Notes: generated from the sequence alone by a model not told the origin. Positions 1 to 7,080 are shown, counted from the stretch's first letter. The stretch: DNA of 20,000 nt from an uncultured virus (IMG/VR IMGVR_UViG_3300027996_000020) (IMGVR_UViG_3300027996_000020), one strand, 5' to 3'. Numbers and translations are program-made.

Positions 1-93
1 GCTTTCAAGTAGACTTTTGGCGAATGAGCGAGAAGAGTCGTTTAAATCTTTGTTTTCAAGTAGTTTTTCAATTCGTTCAAGCTGCACAGGCAT
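1..93 (-). CDS. Hypothetical protein, N-terminal part (runs off window start)
   Basis: ATG at 93-91, GGAG RBS upstream, open frame MPVQLERIEKLLENKDLNDSSRSFAKSLLES to position 1; directly downstream of promoter cassette A. Confidence 0.7.
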   Translation of the reverse strand, partial: MPVQLERIEKLLENKDLNDSSRSFAKSLLES

Positions 94-113
94 ATTAGAG
101 GATCTCCGTTGAA

Positions 114-179
114 TGTATATATATTATACAGGATTTTTCGACTGAAGTCAACAACTAAGTTGTCAAGAGAATGTCAAGA
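114..179 (-). promoter_or_regulatory. Composite sigma70-type promoter cassette A
   Basis: TTGACA(177-172), TTGACA(166-161), -35 TTGACT(151-146), 17 bp spacer, -10 TATAAT(128-123). Confidence 0.85.
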
Positions 180-190
180 ACTTTTAACGA

Positions 191-847
191 TCACTTGGCG
201 GAAATATAAAGAGTGCCCGTATAATAAACAGTAGACTTAGAATCTTTCCATTTTTTAAGCTCAATCGTGTTTTTAACTGTATATCCGCTGGCTGTTAATA
301 TATTTTCCATTTCTTTAAATATAGCAAAGATATAAGTGTTTTTATTTTTGTTAGCTGCCTTCATCGATGAATCTGAAACCCTGTAGTATCGAATTGGTCT
401 GGAATGACGGACTTTGAGGTCGTCAAACTCCAGTGGCCCATATTGTTTCCGTAGATGTTTTTTTAAATTGCTAGAGTAACCAAACCAATCGTTCAGCAAC
501 CTTTCGTCTCTTAATACTTTTTCTATAAATCCTATCCAACCATTGTATTCTCGAATATAGCTATTTTTATAATACTCTACTCCAGAATATCCGAGTAGTG
601 CATCAGCACTAAAGTCCTTATCTGTATTTCTAACTCGTATCATGTGACCCAAAATAGAATTCACAAGTGCATGTGAAAAACGATTCCAAATAGCACATTC
701 GGCTTTTAGCTGATTTTCGGCGTCTTTGATCAAAGTTTGTGTGTGCAATTTATTCTGATCTTCCAACTTTTTTAAAAACCGAGAAGGACTAAGAATTGAA
801 GGCGATTCGGGTTTAAGGATTGTGAGGTTTGACATTGTGAGTTCCAT
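191..847 (-). CDS. Hypothetical protein (218 aa)
   Basis: Long ORF between two promoter cassettes; no recognised motif. Confidence 0.75.
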   Translation of the reverse strand: MELTMSNLTILKPESPSILSPSRFLKKLEDQNKLHTQTLIKDAENQLKAECAIWNRFSHALVNSILGHMIRVRNTDKDFSADALLGYSGVEYYKNSYIREYNGWIGFIEKVLRDERLLNDWFGYSSNLKKHLRKQYGPLEFDDLKVRHSRPIRYYRVSDSSMKAANKNKNTYIFAIFKEMENILTASGYTVKNTIELKKWKDSKSTVYYTGTLYISAK

Positions 848-869
848 TGTTTGGGTAAGTGGTTCAGGT

Positions 870-935
870 TATATATGTATTATACACTATAGCGGCGATG
901 AAGTCAACAACTAAGTTGTCAAGAGAATGTCAAGA
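870..935 (-). promoter_or_regulatory. Composite promoter cassette B
   Basis: 899-935 is identical to 143-179 (37 bp); -35 TTGACT(907-902), 17 bp, TATAAT(884-879). Confidence 0.85.
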
Positions 936-937
936 GA

Positions 938-1111
938 TTATTTATCCATATAAGTCAACCAATCCTCTTCGAAATCGTCATCGGATTCTATATAGTTAAT
1001 CTCCAATGAGTTAGTCACGAATGACACAAGGTCATCCATTGTGAAAGTCTCGACTACCTCACGGGCAAGTCGCTCTCGGTTTTCTCGGTTATTTTCTGCG
1101 TCGGTTGTCAT
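938..1111 (-). CDS. Small acidic hypothetical protein (57 aa; start revised to MTTDAEN)
   Basis: The track start (1138) overlaps the -10 box; ATG at 1111 has a GGAG RBS. Confidence 0.7.
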   Translation of the reverse strand: MTTDAENNRENRERLAREVVETFTMDDLVSFVTNSLEINYIESDDDFEEDWLTYMDK

Positions 1112-1127
1112 TGAGTTCTCCGTGTTT

Positions 1128-1193
1128 TGTATATACATTATACACGTTTGAGAGGGGTTTGTCTATAAAAAAGTTGTCAAGAGAATGTCAAGA
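1128..1193 (-). promoter_or_regulatory. Composite promoter cassette C
   Basis: TTGACA(1191-1186), TTGACA(1180-1175), -35 TAGACA(1165-1160), 17 bp, TATAAT(1142-1137). Confidence 0.8.
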
Positions 1194-1214
1194 GGTTTAT
1201 AAATAGTTTATAAT

Positions 1215-1463
1215 TTATCGCTTGTTCGGATGAAGTTGGTACCAACCTGGACCGCATGATTGTGAGCGTACAAGTAAAATATTTTCTGTACCATATGATT
1301 TTAGTATTTCATTGTGAGTTTTATCATATCCTCCCGGACCACGGGAGCGCAGGAGGACATCAGCACGGACTGAAAACCAAGTCCCAATCGGACCAAAATA
1401 GAGATCCTGTCCGTTGTCGAATTCGAAAGCCTGATCTCGGTTAATATAAATTGATTCAAACAT
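1215..1463 (-). CDS. Hypothetical protein
   Basis: ORF overlapping upstream stop, GGAG upstream of ATG. Confidence 0.65.
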   Translation of the reverse strand: MFESIYINRDQAFEFDNGQDLYFGPIGTWFSVRADVLLRSRGPGGYDKTHNEILKSYGTENILLVRSQSCGPGWYQLHPNKR

Positions 1464-1680
1464 TTATCTTTCTCCACTCTGAAAGGTTTGTAATTGTTAG
1501 GATTTTAACTGTATTAACGGGATAATTTCCCTCAAAGCGTTTATTGAAATTTCGGTTCAGCGTGATATGTAAGGTTACACCTCTGAAATCGGCGCCGAAT
1601 TTGCTGTAAGCGTTGTGCTGTTTGGCCCAGCCGAGGCGATCGGTGCCAATCAAATCCCCAGGTTTAAACTGATTTTTCAT
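1456..1680 (-). CDS. Small FKxG-family protein (possible KOW/SH3-like fold)
   Basis: Starts MKNQFKPGDLIG; chained by overlaps with neighbours. Confidence 0.65.
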   Translation of the reverse strand: MKNQFKPGDLIGTDRLGWAKQHNAYSKFGADFRGVTLHITLNRNFNKRFEGNYPVNTVKILTITNLSEWRKINV

Positions 1681-1870
1681 CCATAACCTTTAGGCCGAAG
1701 GCTGTAAGTTCCAACTCCTGACCAACCAATGATGAATTGTGAGGAGCGAAAATGCAGTAGATAACTGCTTTATTATAATATGAATTGTGAGGTGTGGTCT
1801 TGTGTTCCAAAACGATTCCGCGAATGCCATTCATTCTCTGCTCAACGATTTGTCCAGGTTTAAACTGCAT
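1664..1870 (-). CDS. Small FKxG-family protein (possible KOW/SH3-like fold)
   Basis: Starts MQFKPGQIV...GIRGIVLE. Confidence 0.65.
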   Translation of the reverse strand: MQFKPGQIVEQRMNGIRGIVLEHKTTPHNSYYNKAVIYCIFAPHNSSLVGQELELTAFGLKVMDEKSV

Positions 1871-2120
1871 TTATGATTTCTATTTCATCCAGTGGCAACC
1901 AGCCGGCCCACTCAGTAGGATTTGGTATAGGCTCTAGCATAACACATAAGCGACTTTCAAGCTCTCCTGAGCCTCTGAAGGCCCGTGGTGACTGTCTCAC
2001 CACGAATTGCGGGCCGTGTTCTCTTATTCTATTGCGAGTGCGTGACGATGCCTTTCTGTCCTTTCTGCGAAAGGTCAGAGTCACAGTATCACCATTTTTA
2101 AAAGGGGATTTCTTCATCAA
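1860..2120 (-). CDS. Small FKxG-family hypothetical protein
   Basis: Starts MMKKSPFKNGDTV; GGAG RBS. Confidence 0.65.
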   Translation of the reverse strand: MMKKSPFKNGDTVTLTFRRKDRKASSRTRNRIREHGPQFVVRQSPRAFRGSGELESRLCVMLEPIPNPTEWAGWLPLDEIEIINAV

Positions 2121-2268
2121 TTTGCTCCTGCATCCATTGTGGGCATTCTTCCTCTATATCGAGGGGCATTGGATCATATGACCCGCCGAAATCATAGTTT
2201 TCTTCGTAGTATTCCTCAGAAGAAATAGTGTAAAGGTCTTTTAGGGCTGGTTCGTCACGATAAGGCAT
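2098..2268 (-). CDS. Small acidic hypothetical protein ending DEEIPF (start revised to MPYRDEP)
   Basis: The track start overlaps the -10 box; ATG at 2268 is preceded by AAGGAG. Confidence 0.65.
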   Translation of the reverse strand: MPYRDEPALKDLYTISSEEYYEENYDFGGSYDPMPLDIEEECPQWMQEQIDEEIPF

Positions 2269-2292
2269 TTGAAAACGCTCCTTTGGTTGAAA

Positions 2293-2358
2293 TGTACCTA
2301 TATTATACACGATATTTTAGGTCAGGTCAAGAGAAAAGTTGTCAAGAGAGTGTCAAGA
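2293..2358 (-). promoter_or_regulatory. Composite promoter cassette D
   Basis: TTGACA(2356-2351), TTGACA(2345-2340), -35 TTGACC(2330-2325), 17 bp, TATAAT(2307-2302). Confidence 0.85.
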
Positions 2359-2557
2359 CTAATTTATTAAATTGAAGGTGATCTCTCGCGTATACCTTAG
2401 CGTCCAAGGGTGTGGCGAAAGTGATGGGGGAACCGAATATATCTCTCACAGTCAAACCGTCACAATACAGACGCCACTCGCGATCCATAACTTTAGCAGT
2501 ATGAAACTGGGAAGTCTCACGCCACATATAAGAGGGGTCTGGAAGGGAGTAAGGCAT
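2342..2557 (-). CDS. Hypothetical protein
   Basis: ORF; its TGA stop lies inside the second TTGACA box of cassette D. Confidence 0.65.
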   Translation of the reverse strand: MPYSLPDPSYMWRETSQFHTAKVMDREWRLYCDGLTVRDIFGSPITFATPLDAKVYARDHLQFNKLVLTLS

Positions 2558-2615
2558 TGTTTTCTCGCTTTTTTATCTTTTATTATACATATTATAACAC
2601 TTTTAATTTATAAGT

Positions 2616-2870
2616 TTAAAAAAGATCTTTAATATTTTTCATTGAATCATAGTCTTTCTGAAACTCTGAGCGTGATTCATGGCTGTCAAACTTAATAATT
2701 TTAACGGGAGCGCCGGCTGAACCAGTCACACCAAAATGTTTTGGCTCTGATTGATCGCCGCCCAGTTCTTCAACGCAGTCTGGACACTCATTTATGTAGC
2801 CTCCGACCTGCTTTTTCAGCCGAGAGTGTAAGTTAAATTCAATGTTACAATGTTTACAAGTTTTGATCAT
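2616..2870 (-). CDS. Putative zinc-ribbon protein (start probably MIKTCKHC)
   Basis: CKHC...CPDC; GAAGGA RBS before ATG at 2870. Confidence 0.6.
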   Translation of the reverse strand: MIKTCKHCNIEFNLHSRLKKQVGGYINECPDCVEELGGDQSEPKHFGVTGSAGAPVKIIKFDSHESRSEFQKDYDSMKNIKDLF

Positions 2871-3066
2871 GTTTTCCTTCATGTTTAAGTGATTTGTAAT
2901 ATCTTTCCATAATTCGACGACTTTCGCCAAAAGCTTTATAAAGATTCCATGGCTTCTGCGGTGCATAAAAAACGTAATGCACGAGATTTAAGCGATCTAT
3001 CTCGATTATGATAGACCTGAGGCAAGATTCCTTATCCTCAATGATTTGACCTAGTTTAAACTGCAC
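2854..3066 (-). CDS. Small FKxG-family hypothetical protein
   Basis: Starts MQFKLGQII (GTG start); N-terminus resembles 1664..1870. Confidence 0.6.
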   Translation of the reverse strand: MQFKLGQIIEDKESCLRSIIIEIDRLNLVHYVFYAPQKPWNLYKAFGESRRIMERYYKSLKHEGKHDQNL

Positions 3067-3319
3067 TTTCGACTATCCAAAAACTTGGCCAGTTTTTCCG
3101 TTGTGCGCTGGACTGATCTGCGAGCCAATCTTTTTTGATAAAGCGCGTTTCTCCTGGCTTTTCCCTAATATCAGGACAGTCATTGTATATACACAAGCAT
3201 TGCCAGTGCATATTTTGATAGCCGCCTTCGGCAAGTATTAAATAAGACGAAAACAATCTGTCAGTTTTCCATACACAATACTCGTTAATGATTTGTCCAG
3301 GTTTAAAGTGATTTTTCAT
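3056..3319 (-). CDS. Small FKxG-family hypothetical protein
   Basis: Starts MKNHFKPGQII. Confidence 0.65.
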   Translation of the reverse strand: MKNHFKPGQIINEYCVWKTDRLFSSYLILAEGGYQNMHWQCLCIYNDCPDIREKPGETRFIKKDWLADQSSAQRKNWPSFWIVESAV

Positions 3320-3327
3320 TTGCCACC

Positions 3328-3486
3328 CTATAACTCCACTTCGGCAACTCTTAACAATTCCTGCTGAAACTCTATGGCTTCTTCCAGAGTTTTAAACTCG
3401 GCTTCAACGCAATCGGTGGTCACGTTTTCACACGCTCCATCGATTTGTTTTTCAACTTCAATCCAAATTTTGTAAACAGCTTCCAT
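3328..3486 (-). CDS. Small acidic hypothetical protein (52 aa, not in ORF track)
   Basis: MEAVYKIWIEVEKQIDGACENVTTDCVEAEFKTLEEAIEFQQELLRVAEVEL*; GAGG RBS; first gene after cassette E; fills the gap. Confidence 0.7.
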   Translation of the reverse strand: MEAVYKIWIEVEKQIDGACENVTTDCVEAEFKTLEEAIEFQQELLRVAEVEL

Positions 3487-3507
3487 TGGGTAGACCTCTC
3501 GTTTATT

Positions 3508-3573
3508 TGTACCTATATTATACAGTAGATTTCGGTTCGTGTCAATAAGAAAGTTGTAAAGAAAATGTCAAGA
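3508..3573 (-). promoter_or_regulatory. Composite promoter cassette E
   Basis: TTGACA(3571-3566), TTTACA(3560-3555), -35 TTGACA(3545-3540), 17 bp, TATAAT(3522-3517). Confidence 0.85.
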
Positions 3574-3807
3574 GAGTATTTTCCAATAAAAATTGTTCGA
3601 TGTATCTTCTTCGGATTCGATAGTTGAAACAAGTATTTGATCGATTTCGCCGGGACGATGCGGGCCTTCAGGCCAAAAAGTAAACAAACAATAAATTTCC
3701 AGCCATTTTTCATTCGCAGATAAAACTAAATGGCGGTCCATTTCTTCCTCTTTCTTTGGCGGGAACCTGCAACAATGCGAGATGATTTGTCCCGGTTTCA
3801 TTATCAT
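3568..3807 (-). CDS. Small KPGQII-family hypothetical protein (start revised to MIMKPGQII)
   Basis: Shares the KPGQII start and the Y/W-CL-F/Y...PGE pattern with 3056..3319; the upstream extension overlaps a better ORF; stop lies inside cassette E. Confidence 0.6.
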   Translation of the reverse strand: MIMKPGQIISHCCRFPPKKEEEMDRHLVLSANEKWLEIYCLFTFWPEGPHRPGEIDQILVSTIESEEDTSNNFYWKILS

Positions 3808-3817
3808 TATATGCTCT

Positions 3818-3979
3818 TTATCGAGAGGATTTTTTTGGAAAGTTAATGAATTCAATAAAGTTAGCTTTGGCGTCCTCGATCTCTTTGTGGTAAAGTTTGG
3901 TCGCAAGACGATTTGACCTTCGCAACTCCTCGTTTAGAAGCTGGATTATCAAATGTTGAGCTTCAAGCTTGAGGTTCAT
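3818..3979 (-). CDS. Small hypothetical protein (53 aa, not in ORF track)
   Basis: MNLKLEAQHLIIQLLNEELRRSNRLATKLYHKEIEDAKANFIEFINFPKKSSR*; GGAG RBS; fills the gap. Confidence 0.6.
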   Translation of the reverse strand: MNLKLEAQHLIIQLLNEELRRSNRLATKLYHKEIEDAKANFIEFINFPKKSSR

Positions 3980-4334
3980 AAGCTACTCCGTAGGCTGTAA
4001 AGTAGTCACTTGACCATTCATCAGTTATATACCCTTTAATTGGGTTTTTAGTACGAGTTTCGGGTTGTTTCCATGTTGCGGGCTGAAAAATTGCGCCATC
4101 TTTTCGACGGATAAAAGCATATACAGTTTTACTGTTCTGAGCTTGATTCTCATAGTGCTGCTCCTTAATCAATTTCCAATAAACTCGTCCTTTTTTGAAG
4201 TTTAGGAGTGGTATAGAACCATAATTCCTATTTTTACTGTGTGAGATGTTAATTTTTTCCTGCAATTTTAGCAGTAGTAAGCCGAACTCATGTTGTATTT
4301 CAAGTTCTGAGGGTTCGAGGTTGATTTGTAACAC
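3963..4334 (-). CDS. Conserved phage hypothetical protein
   Basis: GRVYWKLI...VYAFIRRKDGAIFQPATWKQP resembles a T4-like/cyanophage hypothetical family (GRKYxKI...VHAF...G...KPASWKAP); GGAG RBS. Confidence 0.7.
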   Translation of the reverse strand: MLQINLEPSELEIQHEFGLLLLKLQEKINISHSKNRNYGSIPLLNFKKGRVYWKLIKEQHYENQAQNSKTVYAFIRRKDGAIFQPATWKQPETRTKNPIKGYITDEWSSDYFTAYGVAYEPQA

Positions 4335-4348
4335 TGAAACTCCGAGTT

Positions 4349-4386
4349 TGTATAACCATTATACACTATATGAAGTGATTTGTCAA
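4349..4386 (-). promoter_or_regulatory. Sigma70 promoter F (no clear upstream boxes)
   Basis: TTGACA(4386-4381), 17 bp, TATAAT(4363-4358); retains TGTA-N9-TACA. Confidence 0.8.
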
Positions 4387-4406
4387 GTCATTTTCTGTAT
4401 GATTTG

Positions 4407-4712
4407 TTACAGATCTTCACTTTCGGAAATTTTATAAACGTGAACCATCTCGGGGAAAGAGGGAACGTCATGTGCACTTTGATAAACGGTAGTTACCTTT
4501 TGTTCATGAAAAGAAAAGACAACTATTCTTCTGGTGCAGAAAGTTGCGTAATCCATATCGAGCATATCATCATAAGAAAAGAAGGGATATTCCATATACC
4601 CGTATTCGTCGGTTGTCTCACTTTCTAAAACTAATCCATAATAGTATTCAATATTACTTAAAAATGGCTTCCATCTTACAATATCTCCGCATTTGAAAGG
4701 TGGATTCGACAT
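4407..4712 (-). CDS. FKxG-family hypothetical protein
   Basis: Starts MSNPPFKCGDIVRW...YYGLVLE. Confidence 0.7.
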   Translation of the reverse strand: MSNPPFKCGDIVRWKPFLSNIEYYYGLVLESETTDEYGYMEYPFFSYDDMLDMDYATFCTRRIVVFSFHEQKVTTVYQSAHDVPSFPEMVHVYKISESEDL

Positions 4713-4715
4713 TCA

Positions 4716-5636
4716 TTATTTTTTCCCTTTGCCCTCTTTTATGGACATAATGGTATCGTAGGATTCGCTCTTTAAATTTGATAAAGTTTCAAGCTCGCCC
4801 CCATTTCTTAACGCCTTAAAAACTAAATTTTCAACTGAAAATTCACCTCCCTGCTCAAGGCCACCCTGTCTGAATTTTCTTAATTTTTCTTTTAATCTAT
4901 CAGAATCCCCATAGACCTCTTCATGCTTTCCCTCTTTTTGAAGCTTCTCAATCATCTTAATTGCTTCTCTCAGGCCATCGGTCTTTTGTTTAACTGCATC
5001 TTCACTAACCTCAAAATCAACTGGTGATGGTTCAATTACCCATTCCTCGTCTAAAATAGAATAAACGCCCGTTGAGTGGTGGGGTTCATTTATGTTTTGA
5101 ACATATATTTCCACCTCGTGCGCCTTAATCATTATTTCGTGACTCCTGTTCCAATTGATTTTTGCCTCCATCAAATACTTTCTGACAAGTTCGATGTCCT
5201 CATCCACTGCCGAGTAGTCAATAACAATATGAACATCAAGATCTGATTTGTCGGTCCAATTATAATTTGCCATGGAGCCAGTTAAGGTTATATTTAAAAT
5301 ATGTGCCGGTAATTCTAGTTTTTTATAAAAATCTTCGGCAATTCTTACTAATCTGTCAGCAATCTCGGGTTTTAATCTATTATCATCATTCCAAATATCA
5401 CGGTTTAGATCTTCTTTAATCTCGGGAATAAGACTAACTTCCTCCTCCATCGGCCCAAGACCTGATTTGCCACTTTTAGCAGAAATCTTGTGGGTATACG
5501 GCGCTGTGTTTGGAATACCACCATTTAACATCGTCTCCCTTTTGAAAGCCGGATTTATTTTATTGCGAACCTTTTCCTGATAAGGTTCAATCTCTTTTAA
5601 AATACTTTTAAACTCTTCCCACTCTTCTAAATACAT
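4716..5636 (-). CDS. Nucleotidyltransferase, DNA pol-beta superfamily
   Basis: hG[GS]...DxD signature LTGSMANYNWTDKSDLDVHIV; likely third carboxylate in HEVEIY; helical C-terminal domain. Confidence 0.8.
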   Translation of the reverse strand: MYLEEWEEFKSILKEIEPYQEKVRNKINPAFKRETMLNGGIPNTAPYTHKISAKSGKSGLGPMEEEVSLIPEIKEDLNRDIWNDDNRLKPEIADRLVRIAEDFYKKLELPAHILNITLTGSMANYNWTDKSDLDVHIVIDYSAVDEDIELVRKYLMEAKINWNRSHEIMIKAHEVEIYVQNINEPHHSTGVYSILDEEWVIEPSPVDFEVSEDAVKQKTDGLREAIKMIEKLQKEGKHEEVYGDSDRLKEKLRKFRQGGLEQGGEFSVENLVFKALRNGGELETLSNLKSESYDTIMSIKEGKGKK

Positions 5637-5651
5637 AATTTTCCCTCACTA

Positions 5652-5660
5652 TAACTAGTT
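5652..5660 (-). promoter_or_regulatory. Candidate late promoter motif AACTAGTTA
   Basis: Recurrent intergenic ACTAdTTA motif, 15 nt before the ATG at 5636. Confidence 0.45.
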
Positions 5661-5993
5661 TCCATAAAGCTCCTGCTCCCCATCTTGATAAGTTATTATT
5701 GTTTTATTATTGGGATGCGGGCCGATATGAACCTTAATGAAATCGCTCATTGAATCAAAAATTGCTATACCACCTCGGGGTGTAGGATAAAGCCAATGAA
5801 CAATACATTGGCCAGTTCCCAGGACAACTCCTTCGATGACAACTCCCTCTCCAGATACTCCCGTTTCGTCGAGTTGCCGACAAACAGTAAAGGATCTGAT
5901 TCCTCGTGGTGCCAGCTTGGATGGCGGTTTTGGCTTGAGGTCTTCCGCCTCGGTCCCCAGACCATCATCAAAAATGTCTTCTAAATCATCCAA
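5655..5993 (-). CDS. Conserved phage hypothetical protein
   Basis: RxxDxTGVSGxGVVxEGV...G...HW...H pattern recalled from phage hypotheticals; function unknown. Confidence 0.7.
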   Translation of the reverse strand: MDDLEDIFDDGLGTEAEDLKPKPPSKLAPRGIRSFTVCRQLDETGVSGEGVVIEGVVLGTGQCIVHWLYPTPRGGIAIFDSMSDFIKVHIGPHPNNKTIITYQDGEQELYGN

Positions 5994-6714
5994 ATGTCTC
6001 CCCCCTTAAATAGCGATCTATAATAACCCTCGTCTCAAGATAACTTAACACAGAATGTACATTGTCATCTTCTGCCAGTGAGATTACTACGCTATAATCA
6101 TTACCATGCGGACCTGTTTTATCCCCAAAGAAGCAGATCCTCTTACTGGGGTGGTGCTCTCTTAGATAGCTCACCGATTGTCTTTTGTCGTAACCCGATG
6201 GGTAAATATCTACAGAGATTTCACCACCGATTTTAGCATCCATGCCTGGAAACATAACCATTAGCATTACCGCAAACTTCTTTCTCTCCAATTTCCGCTT
6301 GTCCCATTTAAAATATGCCTCCCTTTCTGTCGGAGAGGCGTTGCGCCCTACAACGCTAAAGTTTATCATGCCCGGGCGATGCTCAATATGATTGCCTGTC
6401 TTTATTTCATAGGCAGATTCTTGCAGGAAAGTCTCTAAAAATTCCTCCAAACCCTCTTCAACTTCCAACTCATTTATATAAATAAGCTCATCCGATATAT
6501 CAAGTTGGTTTGCTGAACTGCTGAAAATTCCGGCACAAGAGTCTAAAATATCTTTTGGGACTTGCTCTTTTAGTTTCGCGAGGTCACTTCCAGAAACTAA
6601 ATAAACTAAATTGTTTCCAACGAGTACCCTAAAAAGATTTGCAAAGTCTTGCGTCATCTCTTGGCGCGGTTCCGTAAGCGTACCATCCACATCAAATAGG
6701 AATATATTATCCAT
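5986..6714 (-). CDS. Phosphomannomutase, eukaryotic-type (HAD subclass IIB)
   Basis: FDVDGTLT motif I, SGSD, IEHRPGMINFSVVGR, GGEISVD, DK, FFGDKT.PHGNDY all match the PMM1/PMM2/Sec53 pattern. Confidence 0.9.
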   Translation of the reverse strand: MDNIFLFDVDGTLTEPRQEMTQDFANLFRVLVGNNLVYLVSGSDLAKLKEQVPKDILDSCAGIFSSSANQLDISDELIYINELEVEEGLEEFLETFLQESAYEIKTGNHIEHRPGMINFSVVGRNASPTEREAYFKWDKRKLERKKFAVMLMVMFPGMDAKIGGEISVDIYPSGYDKRQSVSYLREHHPSKRICFFGDKTGPHGNDYSVVISLAEDDNVHSVLSYLETRVIIDRYLRGETFG

Positions 6715-6724
6715 TGGATCCCCC

Positions 6725-7015
6725 CTATGCTTCGCCGACTGGCTTAAAGTCTTTCAACATCTCGTCGGTCAGCGTATCCTGTAGATCATCCATAAAGGAC
6801 TTCATAGCTTCCTTGTTCTGCATAATGTCGGACTTCTTCATCTCGTCCATCATATCCCACAAGGAAGTGTTCTCGTCGAGCAGTCTAGCATTCTCTTGTT
6901 CATAAGTGGAAACCTGCTGTTCAAGGAGCAAAACTTCTTGAAGTAGCAGGTGTTCTCTATATTTTGGAACGTATCCGAAAAGTCTGAAAATTGAATCAAA
7001 AAGTTTGTGTATCAT
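6725..7015 (-). CDS. Hypothetical coiled-coil protein
   Basis: Helical, heptad-like L/E/Q-rich sequence. Confidence 0.7.
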   Translation of the reverse strand: MIHKLFDSIFRLFGYVPKYREHLLLQEVLLLEQQVSTYEQENARLLDENTSLWDMMDEMKKSDIMQNKEAMKSFMDDLQDTLTDEMLKDFKPVGEA

Positions 7016-7033
7016 GGTAAATCCCGTTTATAG

Positions 7034-7080
7034 TAAATAGTTCCTATATACATTATAACTCATTGAATTCTATTTGTCAA
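7034..7080 (-). promoter_or_regulatory. Sigma70 promoter followed by candidate late motif
   Basis: TTGACA(7080-7075), 17 bp, TATAAT(7057-7052); AACTATTTA at 7042-7034. Confidence 0.75.

Noticed and set aside
114..130. LexA or NtcA box
   Set aside because: Spacing does not fit CTGT-N8-ACAG or TGTA-N8-TACA; it is N9 in every copy
2582..2620. Sixth composite promoter upstream of 2342..2557
   Set aside because: TATAAT is present (2596-2591, 2587-2582) but there is no convincing -35 or upstream boxes; at most a weak promoter
143..3573. Repeats as a CRISPR array
   Set aside because: Spacing is 258-1215 bp and irregular, the intervals hold ORFs, the repeats match promoter elements and no cas genes are present
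4716..6714. PMM plus nucleotidyltransferase as a GDP-mannose pathway
   Set aside because: The transferase has the pol-beta GS/DxD signature, not the GxGxR motif of sugar-1-phosphate nucleotidyltransferases
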